A DNA stretch of 63,117 nucleotides, the filler included, from Deltaproteobacteria bacterium (lineage in GTDB: Bacteria; Myxococcota; JACRCW01), in NCBI GenBank assembly GCA_016218805.1. It is 4 parts of 4 records of this genome, joined end to end, with 100 filler letters (N's around TTAATTAATTAA, not from the genome) between each part and the next. Parts side by side here need not be neighbours in the genome. Positions count along the whole stretch, not along the records: positions 1 to 24,971 come from JACRCW010000019.1; 3 more parts are not named here. One strand, given 5' to 3'. Below the pieces are notes generated by a model. That model searched no databases, was not told the origin of the DNA, and worked only from the letters and a program-made list of their open reading frames with translations. Positions 17,467 to 25,071 of the stretch are shown here, piece after piece. The position numbers and the translations under genes were made by a program. Position 1 is the stretch's first letter. The number at the start of each line of letters is the position of its first letter.

Positions 17467-18749
17467 CCCTGTCCTCCACTCCGCTTCAATGAGAGCGTCA
17501 CACGTGTCCCCTCTCCGGGGCGGCTCTCGAGCCGCAACCTCGCACCCATCCGTTCCGCCAGCAACCCGCTGACATACAGCCCCAGCCCCGTGCCCCCCCG
17601 GTCCTCCTTGGTGGTCTGGAACGGCTCCCCCAGCCGCGGCAGCAGCGCGGGGTCAATGCCCGGCCCGTTGTCCCGCACGGACACGTCCACCTGCTCGCCG
17701 TCGTCCGTGACCTCCACCTCCAGGCGCGGCCGGGCCGCCTGGCGCATGGCATCCACCGCGTTGGACAGCACGTTGGTCAGCACCTGCAGCAGCGCCACCC
17801 GCAACACGGCGGCGTGGGCGGGCTGCCCCGCGCGCACCACCCGCTCACCGGTGAAACTGAGCCGGTTGAGCTCCTTGTCCACCCACGCGGGAATGAACAC
17901 CCCCGCGTCAATCACCTCCACGCGCGCGTCGGGGCGGACGTACCCGCGCAGCAGCGCGATGATATCGCTGGCGCGCTGCGCCTCCTCCACCACGGTGACC
18001 GCCAGCTGTTGCGCTTCCGCGGTGCCGCTTTCGCGCGTGATGTGCCCCAGCTCCTTGCCCGCCAGCACAATGGTCCCCAGCGGCGTGTTCAGCTCATGCG
18101 CCATGGCGCCCAGCGTGCGGCCCAGCGCGGCCAGCTTCTCATGCCGCGTGGCCTGCTCCCGGTACGCCTGCAGCCGCTGCGCATACGCAAACACAAAGAA
18201 CCCCATGAACACGCCCAACGCCCCCAGCGCCACCACCTGCGCCAGCAGCTCCGTGGCCTGCGCGCCCTCCACCGCACCCGCGTAGTTCAGCGGCGCCGCC
18301 CAGGAGAGCAGCCCCGCGCCCGCCACCGCCAGCGCCGTCACCACCAGCATCCCGCGCGGCGTGCCCAACAGCCCCGCCAGCACAATCTGGAACGCCAGAA
18401 AGCACGCAAACGGATTGGTCACCCCGCCGGACAGCCACAACACCCCCGTCAGCGCCGCCACATCCTGCGCAATCTGCAGCGTCACCAGCGCGTCACGGTC
18501 ACCGGCGCCGCGCGCCGCCACCGCCGTCCACGCCACGTTGGCCGCCACCAGGGCGCCCAGCACCTTCCACAGCGGGAGCGGGTCCAGCGCCGGCACCAGG
18601 CGGCCCGCCACCCACGTGGTGATGCCCATCCCCGCAATGGCCATCCAACGCAGCGCCACCAGCCAGCGCGTGGGCGAGCTGGGCGCCACCATCCCGCGCC
18701 GGGCCAGCTCCAGCACCTGCCGCCCACCCTTGAGGGACCCCTGCGCCAA
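17463..18749 (-). CDS. regB: RegB/PrrB-family sensor histidine kinase
   Basis: LRW.AI, TM region with SGGVTNPF, H-box AHELNTPLGTI, N box, DNGPG, F.TTK, GTGLGL; exact start uncertain. Confidence 0.88.
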   Translation of the reverse strand: MAQGSLKGGRQVLELARRGMVAPSSPTRWLVALRWMAIAGMGITTWVAGRLVPALDPLPLWKVLGALVAANVAWTAVAARGAGDRDALVTLQIAQDVAALTGVLWLSGGVTNPFACFLAFQIVLAGLLGTPRGMLVVTALAVAGAGLLSWAAPLNYAGAVEGAQATELLAQVVALGALGVFMGFFVFAYAQRLQAYREQATRHEKLAALGRTLGAMAHELNTPLGTIVLAGKELGHITRESGTAEAQQLAVTVVEEAQRASDIIALLRGYVRPDARVEVIDAGVFIPAWVDKELNRLSFTGERVVRAGQPAHAAVLRVALLQVLTNVLSNAVDAMRQAARPRLEVEVTDDGEQVDVSVRDNGPGIDPALLPRLGEPFQTTKEDRGGTGLGLYVSGLLAERMGARLRLESRPGEGTRVTLSLKRSGGQG

Positions 18750-18799
18750 GCAACCTCCACGTCGTGCCGGGCCGTGATACCAGCAAAGCGGCGGCGCGG

Positions 18800-19768
18800 T
18801 CAGCGCACGCGCATGATGTACACCACCGTCATGGCGGTCACCTGCACGTACGGGTTCCCCAGCGTGTTGTCGCCCGTGGAGTAGGAGATCAGCGTGCCGT
18901 TTTCCGAGTCATTGAACTGCCCGTAGCAGGCCCCGTAGTAGACCCCACCGCCGTTGCCCGTGTAGCGCGACCCGTTGCCCGCATACGCTGTGGACGGGTT
19001 GGTGACGCCGGAGACCGTGCCGCCGCGCAGGTAGCGGCCGCGCCCGCCGGAATAGACCTGATTGTTGAGGTCCGGGATGGCCGCGCCGTTGAGCGGCGAG
19101 GCCGCGTCATTCACCGTCCCACCCGAGCACTCCACCCAACCCACCGGCAACGGCAGCGGCGAACCGGTCCCGCGCACGTCGCGGTGCCACGGCAGGATGG
19201 TGCCCACGGGCACATAACCGAACCCGGGTGCCGCACTGATGTTCCCGCCCGCCGTGACGCTCCCCGTCAGCGTGATGTCCCCGCCCGTCAGCGCGGCCGC
19301 AGACAGCGTCCCATCCACGGCGAAGTCCTGCCCCGGGGCGCCCCGGCGCGCAAACGGCACGCTGCCCAGCACCTGCCGGCCGCTGAGCGGCGTCCCGCCG
19401 ACGGAAACCTGCAGCCAGCGGCTGCCGTCCAGCGCCGCGCGGGGAAGGTCCGTGGTGTCCCCCAGGTTCACGCCAAAACGCCCCGCGAGCACCGCCACGC
19501 CTGCGTGCGCCTCGGACCAGACGGGCGTCCCGCCGGGGGCCTCCTCGGCAAAGAGCTCAAACACCAGGTCCCGCGTCCCGGAGACCGGCGTGCCGTCCTG
19601 CTCCAGGAACCCCTGGTAGGGCAGCGTGGCGCTGCGCGCGGCGGCGTCCGTGGTGACGGTGCGGGCAAAGGCCGCTGCGCCAAGCCCCAGGCCCGCCAGA
19701 CCGGTGACGAGGGAAAGTGCGACAACCGAGGGCCGGGTCCCGAGAGACGAAGACATGCTTGGCTCCAT
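18800..19768 (-). CDS. Secreted protein with phage tail-collar-like C-terminal domain
   Basis: Signal peptide; LPYQGFL..DG.P..G...LVF.L...WSE.H N-domain; VPVGTILPW...PVGWVEC.G...IPDL...GRYLRG; ends VVYIMRVR. Confidence 0.75.
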   Translation of the reverse strand: MEPSMSSSLGTRPSVVALSLVTGLAGLGLGAAAFARTVTTDAAARSATLPYQGFLEQDGTPVSGTRDLVFELFAEEAPGGTPVWSEAHAGVAVLAGRFGVNLGDTTDLPRAALDGSRWLQVSVGGTPLSGRQVLGSVPFARRGAPGQDFAVDGTLSAAALTGGDITLTGSVTAGGNISAAPGFGYVPVGTILPWHRDVRGTGSPLPLPVGWVECSGGTVNDAASPLNGAAIPDLNNQVYSGGRGRYLRGGTVSGVTNPSTAYAGNGSRYTGNGGGVYYGACYGQFNDSENGTLISYSTGDNTLGNPYVQVTAMTVVYIMRVR

Positions 19769-19985
19769 GTGGCGCGGCCGGTCATCCGGGCGCGCGGCGG
19801 GTGGTTATGTCGCCATGGGTGGGATCGTCCAGCGGCGATGAGGACAACCGCGTTCTCCGGGTTTGTGCTCAGGGAGGGGCCCCGCCCACCTGGCGCTGCG
19901 TGGTTCACGGCACGAGCGTGTGGCCGGTGCTTTCTGCGACGACGTGGAATACGACATGGGCATGTGGAACCCAAGGCCGCGCACC

Positions 19986-20312
19986 ATGTTGAGAGCACTG
20001 CAGGCCATCCTGCTGGTGGCGGTGACGCGTGGCCTTGTGGGCTGTGGGCCCTTTCCTCCCGCAATCATCACGTTCGAGAACACGTGTTCGCGTGATGAGG
20101 ACTGTGAACTGGTGCGGGAGAAGCAATGCCCCTGCATGCACACCTGCGCGATCGACTCGCTCAACCACGATGGCGCCGATCATTATCGGGCCTTTCAGGA
20201 TCTGCAGGTTTGTCCCCCGCCGGGTCATGGATGTGTCTTTGAGGAATGCGGCAATTCGTCTGAGGCCTGCTGTGACGAAGGTCGTTGCGGGGTGAGGCGG
20301 TCCGGAAGCTAG
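19986..20312 (+). CDS. Small Cys-rich lipoprotein (108 aa)
   Basis: Lipobox LVGC; CSRDEDC module and about 10 further Cys; lower GC than neighbours. Confidence 0.6.
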   Translation: MLRALQAILLVAVTRGLVGCGPFPPAIITFENTCSRDEDCELVREKQCPCMHTCAIDSLNHDGADHYRAFQDLQVCPPPGHGCVFEECGNSSEACCDEGRCGVRRSGS

Positions 20313-20403
20313 AGCCAGAAGGCCGGTGCCGGTGCGTGGTGACGACAATCCACCGATTTCCGCGGCATTCGCCGCGCTGTGCCCGCGCCGCCAAGGCGGT
20401 CAA

Positions 20404-21468
20404 TCACGGCGCGGCACGCGCCAGATGTTGCGGCACCAGGGCCTCTGCCGGCGTCAGGTCCGGCCCCACCACGCCGTGACCAAAACACACCGCGCCGGGC
20501 AGGTTCTCCCGGGCCGCGGTGTAGAGATAGTTGTGGTCCGCCCGCGAATGGTACGTGGAGCCATCCGCAGCGACGTAGAACCGCGTGCGCACGCAGTCCG
20601 TCGGGGTCACCGCGGGCAGGTAGACGTTCCGCGTGCCGCAGTTGGTCTCCACGGTGATGACCTGCTCCGGGATGGCGCCGCCGTTGTTGGGCCCCAGCGC
20701 CAGGATGCCCGGGGCTTCCGCGGGCGGCTCGTCAACGTAGTACTGGCTTTCCACCGCGGGGGTGCCCGGGTTGTCCCCCGCGAAGAGAATGCCCACGCGG
20801 ATTCCCTCCGCACCCGCCGTGACCCCCGTCCAGGCGCCCATCCAGTTGTTGTACCCGGGTGCACTGGTGACCATGGAGACCACGTCCGTGAACAGCAGTG
20901 GCGCGTTGCCGCTGTTGCAGCCCGGCGCGGGACCGGACGCGCTGGAAGCGTTGAATGATGAGGAGGAGACCGCTGCCGACGTGGCGCTGTCCGACGACGC
21001 GCCGCTGGAGCCGGAAGGCGACGACGACGAATCCGTTGCCGAGGAACCCGCCGCGGACGCGCCCACGGACGACGGATTCCCCGCGGACGAACCGGCAGAC
21101 GACGGGTCGGCAGCGCTGGTGGCCGAAGCGGCCCGCGAAGCCGCGGAGGAGGACGCCATGCTGGTGGCGGCAACCGAAGAGCCCACCGTGCTGGCCGACG
21201 ACGAACCGGGCCGAGACGCACTGGAGCTGGTCCCGGACGCGCCGCCGCCCTGGCACAGCCCGTCCACACAGGCTTCTCCGGCGAGGCACTCGGCGGATGC
21301 GTTGCATTGACGCAGACACTCACCGTCCCTGCGGTCAAACCCGTCCGGGCACGGCGTGGCCTGGCACGCCCCCAGGATTCCCGCCGCGGCCAGCGCCCAG
21401 ACCAGACGCTGCGGGCAGGACTCCAGGGACGTTCCGGGTGCGGGCCTCATGGCAGCGGTGAGCATCAT
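20404..21468 (-). CDS. Cys-module/Ser-linker lipoprotein with unknown C-terminal domain
   Basis: Lipobox LGAC; CNASAECLAGEACVDGLC; ~100-aa Ser/Ala linker; start uncertain (21468, 21465 or 21450). Confidence 0.75.
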   Translation of the reverse strand: MMLTAAMRPAPGTSLESCPQRLVWALAAAGILGACQATPCPDGFDRRDGECLRQCNASAECLAGEACVDGLCQGGGASGTSSSASRPGSSSASTVGSSVAATSMASSSAASRAASATSAADPSSAGSSAGNPSSVGASAAGSSATDSSSSPSGSSGASSDSATSAAVSSSSFNASSASGPAPGCNSGNAPLLFTDVVSMVTSAPGYNNWMGAWTGVTAGAEGIRVGILFAGDNPGTPAVESQYYVDEPPAEAPGILALGPNNGGAIPEQVITVETNCGTRNVYLPAVTPTDCVRTRFYVAADGSTYHSRADHNYLYTAARENLPGAVCFGHGVVGPDLTPAEALVPQHLARAAP

Positions 21469-21574
21469 GGCTTCAGTGTTGCGGTGGACCGCGGCGGTGT
21501 CCAGCCGCCGGCGCGCCGTGCCGTGCCGGCACGTACCGCTCCGTGATCCGTGCCCGCGGCGGCCCCGCTCGCCG

Positions 21575-22348
21575 TCACATTGCCCGCCGCGAGCGCCGCC
21601 ACGCAATGCCGCCCACGAGCACCGACAGCCACGCCGCCACGCCCGCGGCAACCAGGGCAATGCGGTCCAGCGCGGGCTCGTAGTGGCGCACGTCATAGCG
21701 GAAGCACCAGGACAGCATGCGGTCCGCAAATCCCCCGTATTTCCCCTCTCCCGCCTCCGTGAGGGACAGCCGCAGGTCCAACCCGGGGAAGCGCGTCCCC
21801 AGCAGAGTGCGCCGCAGCGTCCCATCAGGCGAAAGCACAAACGCCCCGGCCGCGTGCAGGTACAGCCCGCTGTCCGGGTCCAGCCGGTAGCGGAACCCCA
21901 ACGTGTCGGCCAGTTGGCGCACCCCGCCGTCCTGGCTGACCAGGAAGTCCCACCCGTCGTCCGCCGCCGCGCGCCCGTACGCGCGCAGGTGATTGGCCCG
22001 CTTCTGCGCCGCCAGCTCCGCGTCGTCGCGCGGGTCAATGCTCACCGTGACCACGCGGAACCCGTCCCCCAACGCGGGTTCCAGTTCCTTGAGCCCGTCG
22101 GTGAGCCCGTTGAGCACCAGCGTGCACAGCAGCGGGCAATTGAAATACGCCAGCACCACAATCACCGGCCGCGTCCCGTCCGCATACTGCGAAAACGTCA
22201 CCGTCTTCCCGCGGTGGTCGGTGAACGCCAGCTCGCCCGGCACGCGCGCGCCGGTGCGGTACTCAATGAACACGTCCTTGGGGGGATCGTCGGCAGGCGT
22301 GCCCGCCGGCAGGAGCGCCAGGATCGCGGCCAGGAGGCTCGGCGTCAT
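21575..22348 (-). CDS. SCO1/SenC copper chaperone (ACIII-associated type)
   Basis: YFNCPLLC CxxxC, VTVSIDP, YLHAAG Cu-ligand His, CFRYD plus C-terminal TM. Confidence 0.92.
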   Translation of the reverse strand: MTPSLLAAILALLPAGTPADDPPKDVFIEYRTGARVPGELAFTDHRGKTVTFSQYADGTRPVIVVLAYFNCPLLCTLVLNGLTDGLKELEPALGDGFRVVTVSIDPRDDAELAAQKRANHLRAYGRAAADDGWDFLVSQDGGVRQLADTLGFRYRLDPDSGLYLHAAGAFVLSPDGTLRRTLLGTRFPGLDLRLSLTEAGEGKYGGFADRMLSWCFRYDVRHYEPALDRIALVAAGVAAWLSVLVGGIAWRRSRRAM

Positions 22349-22367
22349 GGGCGTTCCGCGGCGCGCC

Positions 22368-22988
22368 TCACAGCGTCTTCAGATAGGCAATGAGCGCGCG
22401 GAACTCGTCATCCGTGACCACCTGCGGCGGCATGACGGGGGCAAAGCCCTTCACCACCTTGGCCATTGGGGTCAGCAGAGATTCCTTGATGTACGCCTCG
22501 TCAATGGTGACCTTGGTGCCGTCCGCCATCTCCTCCACGCGTCCGAACATGCCCTTGAAATTCGGGCCCGCCTTTTGCGGCCCCGTGCCCGTCTCGTGGC
22601 ACGCAATGCACGCTTTCACCGCAAACACCTGTGCGCCCGCGCGGGCCAGCGCTGCCGCCGCGTCTTCCGGCGCGGTACCGGCCGCCGGTGCCGCGGGGAT
22701 GACCACCTTGCGCTCCACGTCCACCGGCTCAGTGGGACGGGCTTTCCAGTCCTTCAGCACCAGGTCCATGGCGCGGTGAGTGGGCACCCGCACCACGCCC
22801 GCGCCCTGGTTGGCCCACTGGTAGCTGCCCAGCTTCACCACCTCCGCCTTGCGCAGGTCGGTCAGCTCCTTGGGCGTCACCGCCGTGGGGTCCGTGCCCA
22901 GCATGGGGTCCCCACCGCACGCGGCCGCGGCCACCGCCAGCACCACCGCGGCCACCGCCCATCCCGTCGAGAAATCGCGCTTCGCCAT
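22368..22988 (-). CDS. ActG-like lipoprotein fused to a C-terminal monoheme cytochrome c
   Basis: GAGGAG RBS; lipobox AAAC; LGSYQW...GVVRVPTHRAMDLV ActG-like motif; CIACH...GPNFKGMFG...DEAYIKESL..P.AKVVKGF..VMP. Confidence 0.8.
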   Translation of the reverse strand: MAKRDFSTGWAVAAVVLAVAAAACGGDPMLGTDPTAVTPKELTDLRKAEVVKLGSYQWANQGAGVVRVPTHRAMDLVLKDWKARPTEPVDVERKVVIPAAPAAGTAPEDAAAALARAGAQVFAVKACIACHETGTGPQKAGPNFKGMFGRVEEMADGTKVTIDEAYIKESLLTPMAKVVKGFAPVMPPQVVTDDEFRALIAYLKTL

Positions 22989-23002
22989 GGTCTCCTCGGC
23001 GT

Positions 23003-24205
23003 TCACGGGTTGTTGACGCGGTAGGTCTCTTCCAGCCGCGGGTCCTTGAGGGGATACAGGTTGTCCTTGCTGGCCCGTTGCGCCAGCCACCACGCCAGCA
23101 CTCCCGCCGGTCCCAGGAAACCCGCCAAATCAATCCACGAAAAATGCACGCCATGCGTGTCATGGTTGGGCATGATGAGCCAGTAGAGGTCCACGTAGTG
23201 CATGAACAGCATCCACACGGCGCCAATGGCCAACAGCGCCTTGGTGCGCTTGGCCGTGCGGGACAGCAGCAGTGCAAACGGGATCACAAAGTGCCCCAGC
23301 GCCAACCCGTTGGTCACTGCGCCCCACCCGCCGTGTTGACGGTGGACAAAGAACTCCGTCTCCTCTGGGAGGTTGGCGTACCAGATGAGGAAGTACTGGC
23401 TGAAGGCAATGTACGTCCAGAACACCGTGAAACCGAACAGCAGCTTCCCAATGTCATGCTGGTGCTCCACCGTGCTGACCCTGTTGAACAGGCCCTTGCG
23501 CTGCAGCTGGATGGTCATCAGCGCCAGCATGGCCATGGTGGCCACCGCGGAACCGGCAAAGATGTAGACGCCAAAGATGGTGGAATACCAGTGCGGGTTG
23601 AGGCTCATCACCCAGTCAAAGGCCGCAAATGTCTGGGACAGCGCGTACAGCAGCACCGCCACCGGGGCCAGCCGCTGCATCTTCAGGGTCAGGCTCTTGT
23701 CCCCCGTCTCATCCTGGCGCGCGCTGTGGCCACGGAAGAACATGGCCAGCGCCGTCCAGATGCCGAAATAGACCAGCGCGCGCACATAGAAGAAGCCCGG
23801 GTTCAGGTAGACCAGCTTGCCCTTGAGGATGGGGTCGTTGGCGGCCTCGGGGCTCATCCAGTGGTGGTAGAGGTCATGACCCAGCACGCCCACCGGGATG
23901 AACAGCACCAGGCCCACCGGGAGGAAACCCGCCAGCCATTCAGCCTGGCGGCGCGCGGCCACGGACCAGCCCGCGCGCGTGAGATGCTGGATGACCACAA
24001 AGAACAGCCCGCCCAGCGCCAGCGTCATCACCCACATGAACCCGGTCAGGTACGCAAACGCAAACTTCTGCCGGTCCACCGCCGCGCCCGCTACACACAG
24101 CAGGATGCCCACCGCCGCCAGCGCACCCGCCAACGTGGTCAGTTTCCCGGCCTGCGCTTTCTCCAGCCGCGGAATGTCCGCGGCGCTACTGGTCACCACG
24201 CTCAT
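23003..24205 (-). CDS. actF: Alternative complex III membrane subunit ActF
   Basis: About 10 TM; QHLT.AGW, DWVMSL.PHWYSTIFG, HDIGKLLFGF, WTYIAFSQY..IWYANLPEE. Confidence 0.92.
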   Translation of the reverse strand: MSVVTSSAADIPRLEKAQAGKLTTLAGALAAVGILLCVAGAAVDRQKFAFAYLTGFMWVMTLALGGLFFVVIQHLTRAGWSVAARRQAEWLAGFLPVGLVLFIPVGVLGHDLYHHWMSPEAANDPILKGKLVYLNPGFFYVRALVYFGIWTALAMFFRGHSARQDETGDKSLTLKMQRLAPVAVLLYALSQTFAAFDWVMSLNPHWYSTIFGVYIFAGSAVATMAMLALMTIQLQRKGLFNRVSTVEHQHDIGKLLFGFTVFWTYIAFSQYFLIWYANLPEETEFFVHRQHGGWGAVTNGLALGHFVIPFALLLSRTAKRTKALLAIGAVWMLFMHYVDLYWLIMPNHDTHGVHFSWIDLAGFLGPAGVLAWWLAQRASKDNLYPLKDPRLEETYRVNNP

Positions 24206-24819
24206 GGCTGCACTCCCTCGGGGAGGATCGCGCCGCGGAGTTCCTCGGGCACGTCATCAATCTTGCCGTACTGGCTGCGGCCCAGCACGCGCACCCACCC
24301 GACGATGTTCCACCGGTCTTCCACCGGGATCTGCGGCGCGTACGTGGGCATGTTGCGCACGCCGTTGCTGATCACGCCAAACACCTCGCCGTCGCTCATG
24401 TCACGCACGCGTTCACTGGTGAGGTCCACCGGCAACGGGTACCCGCGCTGCACCACCATGCCCTTACCGCTGCCCATCTTGTCGTGGCAGGGCGCGCAAT
24501 AGATGTTGAAACGCTCCTGGCCGCGCAGCAGGCGTTCGCGCGTCATCTCCACCGGAGCCACGGCAACAAAGTGCTTGTCGTCCGTCTTGCCTTCTTCATA
24601 GACGCGGTCCGCGCGCAGCTGCCCCTGCGCCACGGTGCCCGTGACCGGCGGCCGCATGGCGCGCCCGTCCAGGAAGAAACTCGGGCCGGCCTGCTGCGGC
24701 AGGTACTTCTGCTGCCAGTCCATGTCCGGGACAATGTGGATGGGCGGCCGGTCACTGATCTGGCCCCGGCAGCCCAGGACCAGCAGGGCCAGCACCACAA
24801 CTGCATGGACCCGCGTCAT
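24202..24819 (-). CDS. actE: Alternative complex III monoheme cytochrome c lipoprotein ActE
   Basis: Lipobox VLGC; PDMDWQ.KY; MRPPV.GTVA.G; RGQERFNIYCAPCH; MPTYA.QI..EDRW. Confidence 0.92.
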   Translation of the reverse strand: MTRVHAVVVLALLVLGCRGQISDRPPIHIVPDMDWQQKYLPQQAGPSFFLDGRAMRPPVTGTVAQGQLRADRVYEEGKTDDKHFVAVAPVEMTRERLLRGQERFNIYCAPCHDKMGSGKGMVVQRGYPLPVDLTSERVRDMSDGEVFGVISNGVRNMPTYAPQIPVEDRWNIVGWVRVLGRSQYGKIDDVPEELRGAILPEGVQP

Positions 24820-24971
24820 GATTCCACCTCCAGCAGTTCCTTGGCGCCGCAGCCCTCCAGCAGCTTGCGCGTGGCGTCGGCGTCGTACTTGGGGTCCTTG
24901 CATTCCACGGCAATGAAGAACTTGTTGTCCGTGGCCAGGTGGAAGCTGGGGTGCTGCATCACCGGGTGGAA
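24816..24971 (-). CDS. actD: ActD (DUF3341) C-terminal fragment, truncated by the contig edge
   Basis: Translates as FHPVMQHPSFHLATDNKFFIAVECKDPKYDADATRKLLEGCGAKELLEVES*; ATGA overlap with actE. Confidence 0.85.
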   Translation of the reverse strand, partial: FHPVMQHPSFHLATDNKFFIAVECKDPKYDADATRKLLEGCGAKELLEVES

Positions 24972-25071
24972 NNNNNNNNNNNNNNNNNNNNNNNNNNNNN
25001 NNNNNNNNNNNNNNNTTAATTAATTAANNNNNNNNNNNNNNNNNNNNNNNNNNNNNNNNNNNNNNNNNNNN
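24972..25071. other. Artificial contig linker
   Basis: N44-TTAATTAATTAA-N44 (six-frame stop); flanking genes are truncated. Confidence 0.98.

Noticed and set aside
18800..19768. Prophage or tailocin
   Set aside because: Single gene with a signal peptide; no integrase, capsid, sheath, baseplate or lysis genes nearby.
24972..25071. TTAATTAATTAA flanked by Ns (also 45663-45762 and 58594-58693) as a biological repeat
   Set aside because: Identical 100-nt padding with six-frame stops that truncates genes; an assembly concatenation artefact. Cross-linker synteny was also disregarded.
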